Shown here: piece after piece, positions 37,768 to 50,439 of the stretch
How the letters are laid out: each line of letters opens with the position of its first letter
How positions within the stretch are numbered: position 1 is the stretch's first letter
Assembly: GCA_002633005.1 (NCBI GenBank)
Contig: NMRA01000384.1
Location: forward strand, 163,504 to 227,503
Length of the DNA: 64,000 nt
From: Phoronis australis
Taxonomy: Eukaryota > Animalia > Phoronida
Reading direction: 5' to 3'
Notes under the pieces: model-generated
What the model saw: only the letters and a program-made list of their open reading frames with translations
Database searches by the model: none
Told to the model about the DNA's origin: nothing
Program-made: the position numbers and the translations under genes

Positions 37768-38500
37768 AGGAGAATGCCACCCGATTTAATTAGTCTTTTT
37801 ACTGTCTTAATCGGTCTATATCCGCATCACCTCGCATACGGTCGATCTTTCCTCGCCGAGAGGTATCGCGTTAACCTGTGAGGAAGGTGAGAAACGATGC
37901 AGCGACGTCAGTGGTTCTTCGGCAGAGTGAGTGCCGCTATGGTGTGGTGTATTGTTCCCGCTTGTGCGAACCATGAAGCTGCCAGGAAGGCGGGTATATC
38001 TTTTTTGGATTTCCTCGAGAGCCCATAATGCTTCGGAAGTAGATAGCGGTAGTGAAGACCGAAAAGTACGCCGTTAATACCAAGTATGAAGCCGTGAAAC
38101 TTCTCCTTGAGAACATAACGTTTTATATAACTTGTTTGATGACTGGCTCGTTCGTTAGGCTTCTGTTTGGTCCCGACTTCGGGTGTAGGATGTTTTCGCC
38201 ACTTCTTTTTCTCAGCCCTAAAAATTTCGTAAGCACACCTTTTTTAGATGCGGTGCAAAATCAGTATGGTCTATGAGACACATGTGCGCTTCTCCAAGAA
38301 TTCGTTTCACTTGCGGAATTTAGTGGCAGCAAATGGAAGGGTTAGTCGTTAGCTCACTGCCACCATGACAAGTTCAAACGGTTTCAGGAACTCTTCGTAT
38401 GTTCCGTTGCCTGTGCACGCTCACGGAGCCTCACTATCATTTCTTGTTCCGTGTATTCCTGTGAAGCCTAACAACCAACCTGTGAAATCTTCGTCGGATG
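37768..38500. mobile_element. Kolobok remnant with THAP start (+) and convergent KolX/P2X7-C-terminal-like ORF (-)
   Basis: TTAA|AGGAGAATGCC end. Plus strand from 37939: MVWCIVPACANHEAARKAGISF/FGFPREPIMLRK*IAVVK (THAP, frameshifted). Minus strand: EYTEQEM...ICCH*IPQV...CLIDHTDF...GPNRSLTNE. Confidence 0.7.
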
Positions 38501-39132
38501 AGCACCCCACTCGTCTAAGTAGGGATTGCGAGTTGCCACGTTGACGTTTATATTGTGCGTTCTGTTTCAAAATGAATTATTCTCACCCTAACCAATGCAT
38601 ATATCGAACTGAAACAAAGTCTGTCTCATTAAATAGAACTTGTAATGCCTTGTAGTGTTCGTGAGTGCAAATGTTTTGAGAAGCTAGCAATGAATACACC
38701 ACTGCGTTACGGGCTTTAGATGCAATAAACCGGCTAATTGACCGCGAGCACCGAGGCCATGTGAGCGCATGCTAATTCAGTGTGTGCTGACAGAAAGCTG
38801 TTGTGAAACAATATTTTATATCCTACTAGCAGCTAGTGGGAAACGCCGAGGTGAAATAGCTACACCTAAGAGTGAACCGATCGAGTGTTCATCGCAAGAG
38901 AGAGGAATACTTCTTGAAGAGACCGTGTTCAAAGCTTCAAGCAGAATTTCTGTCACCTGTCAGATTTTAGTAGGCAATTAAGGTGTGCGGCTGTGGGATT
39001 CTTCCCCTAGGCAGCACAAATCTCTTTCCAGAACATTTGACCCTGCCGTAACACAAAGTACGGTAATCTGTTTGAAAGTGAAAACTAAGAATGCATTTAA
39101 AATATTGTATAGTACACAAAGTTTTTAGGTGT

Positions 39133-39294
39133 CAGTGGCGGATTTGGAGGGGGGCCAAGGGGACCATGGCCCCCATAAAATTCTCCCAGCTTCCATTTGT
39201 CAGTTCGGGGGTGCGAATGTCTGAAGGGCAACAATCTGGCTAATATTCTATTTGTCGTTCCCCCATCCAACTCAAAATCCTGGATCCGCCCCTA
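39133..39294. mobile_element. GC-rich-end MITE
   Basis: cagtggcggattt ... ggatccgccccta; flanks ggtgt / gatgt (5-bp TSD, one mismatch). Confidence 0.65.
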
Positions 39295-39477
39295 GATGTA
39301 TTTACAAAAGTTGCATCACAAATGTACATACTGAGGTAGAAAGACAGGTAGTTGTATGAAGACTGTCGTCAACATACAGCTAGGTAGCCGTGTGTAGAGC
39401 TCTGTTAGACACCGAAATTTCACACAACCCGCCGTGTGCTCAGCTCGTCACCTCGTCGTAAACTTGACTTAGAGCTA

Positions 39478-39630
39478 AAAAATTTCTTGGGCGGGAGGGG
39501 TGCAACCCCCCCCTCCCAACCTCCCTCCATTCGGTGCTATGCGCATCTACAATCGTGGTTCAGTTTGTGCAAATGCTTACAGCCGGACAAAATGTTGGCC
39601 CCCCCTTGTGAAATCTTAGATCCGCCACTG
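39478..39630. mobile_element. Right end of a MITE homologous to 31640-31773
   Basis: Shares ccattcggtgctatgcgcatctacaatcgtgg...agccggacaaaatgttgg...ccgccactg. Confidence 0.8.
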
Positions 39631-40186
39631 AGTTGAACAAACAGCTTAAAGCTTGGCTTGCCAAACTTCGTATTTCATAATAGCTAAGATCCAGTTTTTC
39701 GAGCTTGATTAATGGAGAAAGGGATCTGTCCGAGATACTAGACAGGCGGTTGTGTCCCAGGTTGAGATGCTTCATGCGCGCACCCAGTCTTTAATATGGG
39801 GACGGGGCTCGAATCTCAGACAAAGTGGACCTTTTGCTGACAAAAACGCGGGAGGACTGAAAAACCGGGGTACCACCTTCAGGTCTGTGAACTGTGCGTC
39901 TGGGCCTTTTCAGTGGACTTTTGTCTCGTTTTCTCGGTCTTTTTGTTTCTCTGAGGCGGACCTTTTTACCCACTTCGCCAAATGGGGGGCTCGTTCGAGC
40001 ACCCCGAGCCCCCTGGGTGCGCGCATGTGCTTCAATTGAGATAATTGGGTGAACATGTTTGGCTCAATCTTGCGGATGGTACATCTCTTGAAGTTCATTG
40101 TAGAGGTTGCCGTCAACTGCAACGTTTTCCCCCTGTTCAGCACTTTGTCTTTCCACTGCGGGCACACAGGAGAAGAGAAAGTCCAC
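39631..40186 (-). pseudogene. Disrupted paralogue of the LRR-Ig gene (N-terminal fragment)
   Basis: WTFSSPVCPQWKDKVLNRGKTLQLTATSTMNFKRCTIRKIEPNMFTQLSQLKH/LNLGHNRLSSISDRSLSPLIKLEKLDLSY aligns colinearly with WSFSSAICLQWKDKVLTKEKTLHLTETSTLNF...LNLGHNGLRNISDRLLSPLIELKVLDLSY. It is interrupted by a MITE and cut off by a LINE on one side and a MITE end on the other. Confidence 0.9.
39773..40027. mobile_element. 255-bp MITE with 5-bp TSD inserted in the LRR pseudogene
   Basis: Perfect 15-bp TIR catgcgcgcacccag / ctgggtgcgcgcatg; TGCTT duplicated at 39768-39772 and 40028-40032. Confidence 0.9.
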
Positions 40187-42745
40187 TCTGGCACGTCAAG
40201 GTAGTGAAGCTGCAATGTCTATCTCTAAAATTAGAAACCGGTGCACGGAATTACCATTGAGTGTATCATTTAAACTGTTTGATAAAATTGCTGTGCCAAC
40301 TATGCGTTATGGTGCGGAAATCTGGGGATTTAAAGAATGTGAATGGCTTGAATTTGCGTACCTTAATTTCTGTAAAATTGCTCTTGGATTTGGAAACTCA
40401 CTCTCAAACGCAGTTGTATTGGGCGAATGTAGAATTTATACCTTCTATACAAAGTGTTAGGTTCCACTTTTAAAATATTGGGTAAAGATGTTGAAATGAC
40501 ACTTTATAACGGTTTATGACATGTTATCTGATTTAGATCGGAATGGAAGAAATAATTGGGTATCTTGTGCAATACAATTGCTATTAAAATAGTTTTTTTG
40601 TGAAATCTGGTTGATTCAAGATGTCACTTGCGAAGTCTAGTTCCTAAGTATCTTCGCGCAAAGAGTTAGTGACTGCTATGAGCAAGGTTGGCAGTCATAA
40701 ATTGAGCATAATGCTAAACTTAAGTAATACACTGTAATTTTAAGACTCTGTCCTGTTTCGAACCATATGTGACCCACCACGACAAAATGAGTCTTAAGTC
40801 GGAAACTCAATTTCCTGACAAGACTGCAAACAGTAGCTATCGGTTAAAATTTGGTCAAATTTTTTTATTGCAGATTATGATTATTTATTCATTCTACTCC
40901 ACAAAACAATACTTTAAAACGATCAAACTTCATTTTAAACCTTATTTATTTCATTTTGAAAAACATCACCTTCTCCACGACTGCATATCTCGTGAAATTT
41001 TCATCGAAATTTGCCGGTTTTCGTGTCCTCATTGATCAGTCTTCCGATGACCCAATTTCGCTCGTAAACACATCAACAGAAAGGTCAAACTCTGCTCATT
41101 ATGCATGTAGTAATCTCTTTGAGTTTTTCGTCCAATCATAAGTCGTTATTTCACTTTTTGCATTCGGGGTATTTTCAACAGAAGTGTCACTCACCAGTCT
41201 TTTAGCTAGCAACGACCTTTTAACCCAATGCATCGCTGACCTCATTCGCTAGAACTAGTTAAGTGGGCGTGAAACCGTGGGGTCGCGAGCTAGGTCACGG
41301 CATGTTTTCAAGACAGTAAGATGGCTGGTCGCCGTGTAGCTGATATCTCAATGATTAACTCTTGCCTCTGACTGCCGTATCAAGATCAGCGAGAATTAAC
41401 TGAACTCAACAGAGCACATTTGTTGATTGAGACAAGGAGGAATTTCGTGACAGCGACGAGTCGTCTGACGGCAGCAACTCGTCGCCAGATGAGTTTCATG
41501 ATCGACCCATCGCGAATACGGTTGCGTTGGATTCCAAGTCGTTGGATTGGAACAAACAGAACTTGAAGAAAACAGTCCGGATTAGCTTAATCGCACAACA
41601 ATGTCTTGTATCTGCAAAGCCAGTGGATCGGGGTGCAAGCAGCTGAATATTACTGCAAGAGAGAACAATCTTCGATAGGGCTGAATCACTCGGTGAGAAG
41701 TCGAGGAAATCGTTGCTCTTCAGTCAGTGTCAGTGGACTTGGATAGGGATGAGTGATTGTCATTTTTTCAAAATTATTCACACTAGCGTAAAATTTTGAA
41801 TTATTTCGAACAAAAATCAGCCACGAACATGTATTTTGTAATCTACAGGACTTCATTTTATTAAATTTCTCCAAAATACACTTTAACTACTTGTTTTACT
41901 TGCGGTAACCCCTCCTGTCACAAGTGGACTGACCCTGTACACATTAGCTGGGAAATTTATTGACCCAGTTGCAGCAACCCAACATGAATATCACTCATTT
42001 TTGGCTGAGATTACATGATAAGGTCTATATTTTTTCTAATTTTTATTACTTTTATTTGTTTATGTTGTTGTGCATACTAATAAGTCTGAAATGTAGCATT
42101 CAACTGCAGGTTGCTATTGAAATTTTAAAGACACTGTCGGCACTTTTCGTCGGCCATTTTCCTTGACTTTTGAAAGCTCTAAATTTTCGCTTTCCCCGAA
42201 TAGAATTGGCAATAACTCGGTCATTTGTGAAGATAAGGACATGTTTCATACCTGAAAATGATCAGAAAACACTGCGTTTTCAGAAAAAAGTAACAATTAA
42301 AAAATGACAAATCCCGACTTAAGACTCATTTTGTGGTGGTGGGTCACATATCTTAAGTTACCGCTACATAATTGTCTTCTTGATGCGTTTACTCGGTTAC
42401 GTTGATCCAATCATAGACTACAAGTGGAAGTGGGTAGGCACGAGAAAGTGGAATATTACAATACAATGTAGATTAACTTTGATTTGCAATGGTGGTCTAG
42501 TAAAGGATGAATACCACTTCCTGTTGATTTGCAAAGGATATTATGAACTTAGGTCACGTTTTATGAAAGAAGTTTAATGGAAGCACTTAATTCAAGAATC
42601 GCCTGCTAGCTACATGTAATCCAGATATTTGTATTCTTCCCTTAAAAGAAGAAAACAACTCTTAAATCGGTTGACTGTGCCTACCTAATTGTTGTTTAGT
42701 GTTCTTTGGGCCAAAGGTCTTTTGTATTAAAATACAAATAAACGC
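40185..42745 (+). mobile_element. 5'-truncated LINE (RTE-X-like ORF2 end), split by a DNA transposon
   Basis: KLFDKIAVPTMRYGAEIWG...FCKIALG...VLGEC before the insert and CNGGLVKDEYHFLLICKGYYELR after it; FEPYL is restored on removing 40769-42351. Confidence 0.8.
40769..42347. mobile_element. 1.58-kb non-autonomous DNA transposon
   Basis: About 34-bp TIR gtgacccaccacgacaaaatgagtcttaagtcgg / ccgacttaagactcattttgtggtggtgggtcac; ATAT on both sides (AWWT as in Sola1; a TA TSD is also possible). Confidence 0.85.
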
Positions 42746-43329
42746 ATGATATTGGTTGTGAACAGAGACTGTGTACAAATCCAAATGCCAAAGTGAATTG
42801 TGGGATCAGGATCGGGGTACTACCAAGTTTTAGGAAAAGGTTAAAAAATCGCTGCCATCATCAAACAATCCAAGGCAAGACTCCTGTACCTCAATATCGG
42901 AATGCGAATGGTTCAGCTATTTTAAAGAGTTCCCGCCGATCATTTTCTTAGTGTTTGAGGTTTCAGTTAGCTAATATGAAACGAACACCTTAAAATATAA
43001 TAAGCACTTTTATGCCAAATGGACGCGATTGTTTTAAATTTGAAGAAAAATTGTTTATTTCCAATTTTCCCGCCAAATGATGTAATTGGTGGAAGACGAT
43101 TGGTCATTTGAGAATCAATTGTAATGGCGGAAAACAGCAGATAAGAAGACGACATTACAGCGTTCTGTCGTTCAGTAACTTTTCTGATTTAACAGAGCCT
43201 GTGGCAGAGGAATCTGTGGTCATGCTGATTGTGAATGGGGACGCCGTTATTGAGCTGCAACTAAAACTTAACGTTCGTGGAGAAAATTTTTGAAAACTGA
43301 CATCTTACAGCTAATCTAGAAAAAATGTC

Positions 43330-44625
43330 ATGGCTTACAAGCGCGCTGTTGCCGTCTGTTCACACGAAAAATGGTATTTTGCCGATAAATTAATTTGAAA
43401 CCAACCGCATTATAAACACCTAGGTGTTACGTTCACCTGTCGTCTCAACTAGAGTCAAACTTGCAATGTTCGTGCTGTGCAGGCTCGAAAAGCTTTAAAT
43501 TTTATAAAGATCTTTTTGTCTAAATTACATAACTTGACACCATCAGTCCTTTTTATGCTGTTTGGTAGTATGACTCCATCAGTTTTATGCTATGCTGCAG
43601 ATATTTGGGCTGTCTCAATAGAAAAGGTTCATAAGATTTCTGCAAATGCTTTGCCACAAAACAAAAAGATGCCAAATGTCATGGCTAGGAGCGAAGGTAG
43701 TAGGTATATGTTGTAGAGTTTCTGTATATCTAAGCCTGCTCTTTACAGCACAAAGATGCTTCTATAGCCTCACACACTGTAGATATCCGATTCAGTGTAA
43801 CGATATGTAATGGCAAGAATGTGAGGACAGCGAGAGATATAACTGGGCATATTCTGCAAAAATGGTACTCTACAGCTACATTTACGGGTTTAGAGAGGAT
43901 GGTTATACGGACCGGGTGACGTAGATTTATTCCTACCAGATTTTCGTCACATATTAATTGACTGTGCGTACAAAATTGGCACCTAATAGTTCGAGTAAAT
44001 ATTAACTTCTTAAAGTGAAAAAACAATTAATTTTTTTTTTCAAAACGGAATTACAGTGTGAAAATATCTATACTTATTAAACCCTTATTAAAGAAAATAC
44101 TTGATCGTTTTAGATGCTCAATGCAGAACCTTTACATTAAAACAAGACGACAACTAGGTATAGTCGAAGATTGGATAATTTGTGAAATATGCAATACTGG
44201 TCAAATTGAAAACGAGATTCATTGTACGTGTCACTACCCTGTATTCGGTGATGTACACAGAAAGATGATGACGAATATGACGGATCATGGCACAGTAGTT
44301 ACTATTTCAGAGCCATGATCTCTGTCGACTATAAAGCATGGCGCTCTATATTTCAAGAGTAATAGTGCTCAGGCCTGAAATTTTAACATTGTAAAGTTGT
44401 AATGTAAACTGTATTATGAGTAAACTGTATTATGAGTAAACTGTATTATGAGTTAACTGTATTATGAGTAAACTGTATTATGAGTAAACTGTATTATGAG
44501 TAAACTGTATTATGAGTAAACTGTATTATGAGTAAACTGTATTATGAGTAAACTGTATTATGAGTAAACTGTATTATGAGGCCAAGGCCTACAAATACAT
44601 ACAATAAACATTTCTGATTCTGATT
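43330..44625 (+). mobile_element. Decayed LINE 3' part (RTE-X-like)
   Basis: QARKAL...LFGSMTPSVLCYAADIW; ICEICNTGQIENEIHCTCHYPVF; aataaa and a (TTCTGA)n tail. Confidence 0.7.
44405..44580. repeat. 16-bp minisatellite, 11 copies (TAAACTGTATTATGAG)
   Basis: 11 head-to-tail units, one with a single substitution, no spacers. Confidence 0.95.
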
Positions 44626-46915
44626 TACATTTCTTGAACATGCTGATTAGTTTGATGTTATGGTCAATCGGCGTACTGCTCCTTTTCAGTTGAACTGTGC
44701 AATTTCAAGCCAAACCGAAAATACCGTCAACTAAGTCCTCTCAGGTGTAATGTTAATACAACTGATTTCAATATGCTAAATTATGAGCCATAGAATAGTA
44801 AAGAATATGGAGATAATTGTGAATCTATACTGAACGTACTGAGAGTAATGTTGGCGACGTTTCGACAGCCATTGTTGAATTTATTAAGACCCTGCTACAT
44901 CAGAGTTGGAGGTTAACGGGAATGAGTCTAAATATTTTCCTTCTTAAACAAGGGCTCAGTTTTAGTTTTAGTTTTAGATACGTTACAATATATTGGGTTC
45001 ACTCAAAGATGAGCTCATATTAAAGATACAACTACAGAAAAACATAAAACTGGACAGCTTTCAAAAATACAAATGCGTCACTAGACGATTTGGGAAACTT
45101 AAGTCCCTCTGTGGGAGTCGGGACTGTTTTATGCAACAAGGCTCAAAAGACCTAACTCGTACACCTTCTCTAGATCCACTTGATTCACTTTGCGTTGTGG
45201 TTCAGCCAGTCAACTGATTAGACATCCGTGTGATTCTCAATTACGACTTTTGTTTTACAAATTTATCTCCGAGGCCTACATGTACACGCGTGCGTTCCGT
45301 AAGCCAAAGACAATTAATAGCCATATACTTGCTACGAGAAATCCGTGCTTATGGAACAGAAATACTCAATTTGATCCTTTAGCTCAACATTGTAACAGCA
45401 CCAACCAATCACTTCTTTGGCTGCCATTTTGCTAGGCTAAAATAACCAGTCTATTTGCGACACACTATTCGCGTAAAGGTTCTTGCGTCTATGGAACACT
45501 GCAAATTGAACATGTGTTGGCCACGTATCTGAACCGGCGGAGTAAATCGAGTGCAACCATTTATTTGACTTCCGCAACTGGCTTTCAAAAATCAACAGAA
45601 AAATACCTGCCCTACCCCCGGCGGGTTATGGTGGAGCTACACAGTTAAAATTATATTATAATCACGGAAGACAATATGGTTATTCGAGTATTGACAAGCG
45701 TTCTAATAAACATTAAACAACTGTGCCGAATAACATTTTTGAAACCATAACAGTGTTATTGAGATTTCAACTTGAACATTAATGAAACGAAATTCGATCA
45801 AGTTATTGATACCGCTGTTTCGATATTAATGTAGCTTTCTTTTCTTTGAATTTACTACAAAAGACAAGGTCACGAAAAACAAATAACGACAGATTTGTAA
45901 AAGGTCAAAAATCAAAGTCTAAAGGATTTCCATTTTAAATAATGTATACTTTTACTGAGTTGAATCTATAATTTTGGAGATATTTGTCTATAAAGACAGC
46001 CTCGTCATTAAAATACTATACACGTATAACCTTAAACAGGACTGTCACAACTCAAAAACAAAATTTATGTTCCATAGCGAATTGTGTGCATTATAAATGC
46101 CCTGACCAGCAAATCGAACCGGATGGAGGACCTGGGGCATGGTTAAAAAATGTCGTACTTTTACGGGTTTTTACACGGAGTCAAAAGGCATTTGTGCGTA
46201 AGCGTCCCTTTAAACTCTGTGCATAAAGACCCGTAACGTTACATGATACTAGGGTCACGAGTCCAAAGAATCTACTTAACTTTGCTATAGCAATGTACAT
46301 GCACATAAATTTCGGATGAAAACAGTTGCAAAGCAGGCTTGTAACATCTCTTAAAGCAACATGGAATTTCGAATTTTTTTAAAACAACAGCTGTGAACAT
46401 CGCGCTTTTTTAAAATGTGATGCCTTAAGGCGAGACAACAAAATCAACATCATAGTCTAGCTAAAATGATTTGACACTACATTTTCCTTCATCAAATGAG
46501 TCAATATTACTGATGAAATAAGCGTAATAAAATATTTCTTGAAGCACTAATTCCACAAGAACGCACAAATGTATGCCAGGCCTATAACACGAAGGCAAGC
46601 TCTGTTAACAGGTAATTCATACTTGTACATGTACACCTGGCATTGCGAGCACATGAACCTGCACAGTCGTGACCCTCTACGGTTCGTAGATATTTTGGTG
46701 ATTCAAAACAAATTGAAATGTCTTCAAATACCTTTTCAGGGTTATAGAAACAATCAATATCCAGTACTGGGCATTAAAAATGCTGTCTTCAACCTGCTAT
46801 TGTACACCTAGTGTGAACATTACATGTGGTAGAGTGGTCTACGCCTTTCATCATTTGACACAACCCCACCTACGTGTCGGATACAATCACAACAATTACT
46901 GCAATTTATTACAAA

Positions 46916-49704
46916 TAGCCACCAGACCCACAACAAATTGCAACAAAAAGGTTTTACAGTGGTTTTATGCTCTACTGGGCATACTTATGAACAGGAAAAA
47001 GTTTACCAAAATCTAACCACCGGAAATGGGTTAAAATTACGTCATTTCCAAGATGGCCGCCACGACGTTTCGAAATCACTATAAATAGATATAAGTTCTT
47101 CAATAATTGTGATAAGAGACATAATTTTTGGTTCTAGTCTACGGTTTTAAGGGGTGAGCAACTCACTGGTGTGGTTAAAATTTAGATATGATTTATTATT
47201 TGATATGAAATTCAAGATGATGGCTAAAATCCAAGAATAAAAAATCACTGATTTGTCCATTATTTAATATCTTATCCCCTATAACGAAAGTCTGATTAAG
47301 TGTGCCTGGTTCTGATTGAACGATGATAAAACATTTAGAATTGACTGAATTCTGAATGAATTATTTTAAAATATGGACATTGTAGTAATATTAAGCTGTC
47401 AAATATTTAATCCAAAGCCTTGCATAAAAGTCACAAACATTGTCCTAATGTATATTTGTTTGCCACTGGTTTTCATTTAAAAAAATCCACGCAAGGAATC
47501 TAGAGGCCCAGGGCGAAGTGTCAACATCTGTCTGAAGTGCCACCAATCAATTGTGCAGATCATCGACAATGTTGAGAAGAATAAGTCTGAACTTAGTACA
47601 CAGTCCAAAACGAGTCAGCTGTGGCTGGTCTGAAGACGCTCCATACTGCTTGGGCAATGATCAAGGCAGATCGCACTCGGTCTCGGAATGATCACGTGCT
47701 AGCTGTTGGTGATGCCTTGCTCAGAATTATTATTTGCTGCAGCTGGACACCACAACTCCCTGAAATCCGCTTGCCTCTACGTACAAGAAATGGCTGAAAT
47801 TGAGAGCAAACATCCAGATGTGCATGCGAAGTTTCAAATATGGCTTTCAGGTGAGTCGGCGAACAAACCAGATTTGGAAAGGCCTCAGCTGTGATCTAGC
47901 CATTGAACAAATTACTAAATGCGATCGTTAAAAAGCACAGGCGGCTTGACTCATGGCAGTAAGATGACAGAGGACTTTGGTTGGTTTCTTGCCGCGGTGT
48001 ATTGCGCAGTTCCAATAACCCAAGGTATTGGTCGGAAACATCATGGGCACATTTCCTTATGAGTCTTTTAATGATTTTAATGATTCCACCTTCCCGTTAG
48101 CTTATTGGTGTCCAGCGGACGACATTTCATGGTGCATTTCCCAGGTTGTAATACGTGTTGGTATACCGTATCGTGCGAAATGTTTCTTCAGACAGTTTAT
48201 GACAAACTTAGATGTCAAGGATGTAAGCAGATCGACCTCAATGAAGTTTGACGCATAGTCGACAACAACCGCAAGATAGTGTCGACCGGAGATCACGAAT
48301 AAGTCTATACCAATGGTTTCCTATGGTACACAATTTCTATTGTATGAATGTCTCAATGTCTCCTTTAGGTTTGAGGCTTTCATGGTCTGGCACGTTTCGC
48401 AAGTGTCCGCGAACTGTTTGATCTCACGGGGCATACCCAGCCAGAAAATAGTGTTCCGGACCCTTCTTAGCATGATGTCGTTGCCTAAGTGTGCAGCATG
48501 TAGACGATCCTTCATTTGTTGACGCAAAGCCGTCGGTACCGGTATAAAAATACGTTCTCCTTTGAGGATAATGCCTTTCTCATTACTTAACGTGTCCCGT
48601 ATACCGAAGTACGGTTTTAATGCTTCCGAAGGACCTCTTTTGGTTTCGAGTCATCCTTCTTCGATTACCTCAAGTAAATCCTTCGCCTCAGAGTCAGTTC
48701 CCATTGCTCTCTGTATTTCCTCCAAGCGGTCATCAGGAATAATATGTAATGGGTTTTCATAGTTAACGCTCGTGGGGAAACGCACGGCTCAGGGTGTCTG
48801 CAATAAATAGAGTATAGACTTAAGTTATTGAGCATAGTACAACCTATACCTTGATATATTCTTTGTCATTGAATTCCAAACGCTGTAGTTCATTAGATTG
48901 CCATCAGGACTTTGTATAAAACATGTAATTAACCCCAATTAACTCATTCTCAGCGCATGAAAACACCATCTTTACTTCGCAAGATGTAGCACCCAACTGA
49001 CAAAACATTTTTATGACACAACCCTTGAAAATATCCACCTGAGTAAATTGATTTCAAGTGTCATCATCCCTGATGAGGACACATTGTATAATGATATGGT
49101 CAAACTTGGCATTGACTTCTTCTAGTTTCAAAGTATCTTTCCTGTCCTGGAGTGAAAACACAGTGTATTACCACAGGCGCTTGGGTTTATCGCAAATGAC
49201 GTCACATAAACCCAAGCGCCTGTGTGTATTACTATGTTTTTTATGGTGTACTGACAATGGATTGATATGCGCATGTACAAAATTTTGTGCAATTTCATTG
49301 AACGTTTTTTTGAAAAATATAGGTTAAAATTCGAAACGTTATTTTTGACCACCCGATATAATGGACAAATAGTGATTTTTCGCTGTAGAGTTTTAGCCGT
49401 CATCTAGAATTTCATATCAAATACTGATCATATCTTAATTTTAACCACACCAGTGAGTTGCTCACTCACCCCTTAAGACCATAGACGAGAACCAAAAATT
49501 ATGTCTCTATCATAACTATTGAAGAAGTTGTATCTATTTTGGTGATTTCGAAACGTCGTGGGGGCCATCTTGGAAATGACGCGGTTTTAACCCATTTCCG
49601 GTGGTCAGATTTTGGTAGACTTTTTTCCTGTTAATAAGGATACCTAGCACAGCATAACAACACTGCAAAACCTTTTGTTGCAATTTGTTGTGAGTCAGGT
49701 GGTA
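46916..49704 (+). mobile_element. Academ transposon deletion derivative
   Basis: TAG-initial TIRs of about 310 bp (46916-47230 vs 49390-49704); transposase fragments SKTSQLW...FAAAGHHNSLKSACLYVQEM...HPDV...GLSCDLAIEQ...STGGLTHG. Confidence 0.8.
47975..48810 (-). mobile_element. Gypsy/Ty3 integrase fragment nested in Academ
   Basis: LHAAHLG...IFWLGMPREIKQFADTCETCQ (HHCC zinc finger) and YLAVVVDYASNFIEV...FARYGIP (rve core). Confidence 0.88.
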
Positions 49705-50439
49705 TATTGACTCGAAAAATCATAACAAATACTGCCTATGACCCAAAAAGCATTGTTTGACGTAAATTAGCGCTTTTTCACACTTGGTTTTATGGCTGAC
49801 AATGTCAGCAAATTTTAAATGCATTACCATCATCATAACATTTGAGAAGAAATACATGTAAGCTCTACCCAACTGCATGTTAGTTCCACTGAGTCAACGA
49901 TGCCGACGTTTAACAACCACCTTCGTTATGAAGGATCACATTCCTTCAATGTTGTTTAAAATCGTCAGTTTTAGACCATGGAATGAAATTATTGGTACAT
50001 GTAACAGCAGAAATATTTTGTGTCCTTACGAATGATGCTCAAACGTCTGTGGTCACATAAAGCAGAGTAAAGACAAATTTTTAAAGTGTTTATCGTTGAT
50101 AATGGGAGTTGTCGTTTCTTTTCTATTTCTATAACTTTTGTCCAAACTAGTGACAGGGAAAAGTGATTAATCTCTAAATTCTACATTAAAGGATGTTATC
50201 CTTTTGCGGCCTAAAACACATGTTTTGGAATTTGCAAAAATGCACAATTGCTTCTGTCTTTGACATGGTATTTTTAGTTGCTCACTTTTCAAAAAGAAAG
50301 TGCACCAGAGACGAACAATAACGTGAGATGTTATTACTTATCGCTTGGAAAATCATGGCAATTCAAACCATGGTTACCGTTATTACATGCGTTTGTGCAG
50401 TTTTTGAAAAACAAAAATACAAGATCTTGGCTGAATTTG

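Noticed and set aside
44405-44580. Regular repeat array as CRISPR
   Set aside because: Units are head-to-tail with no unique spacers, there are no cas genes, and the context is eukaryotic.
49066-49115. Hammerhead-like CTGATGA-ggac...gtc-AAAC (and GAAACGTCG on the minus strand near 44855)
   Set aside because: The conserved G of GAAA, or the CUGA core, is missing and stems I and III do not form.
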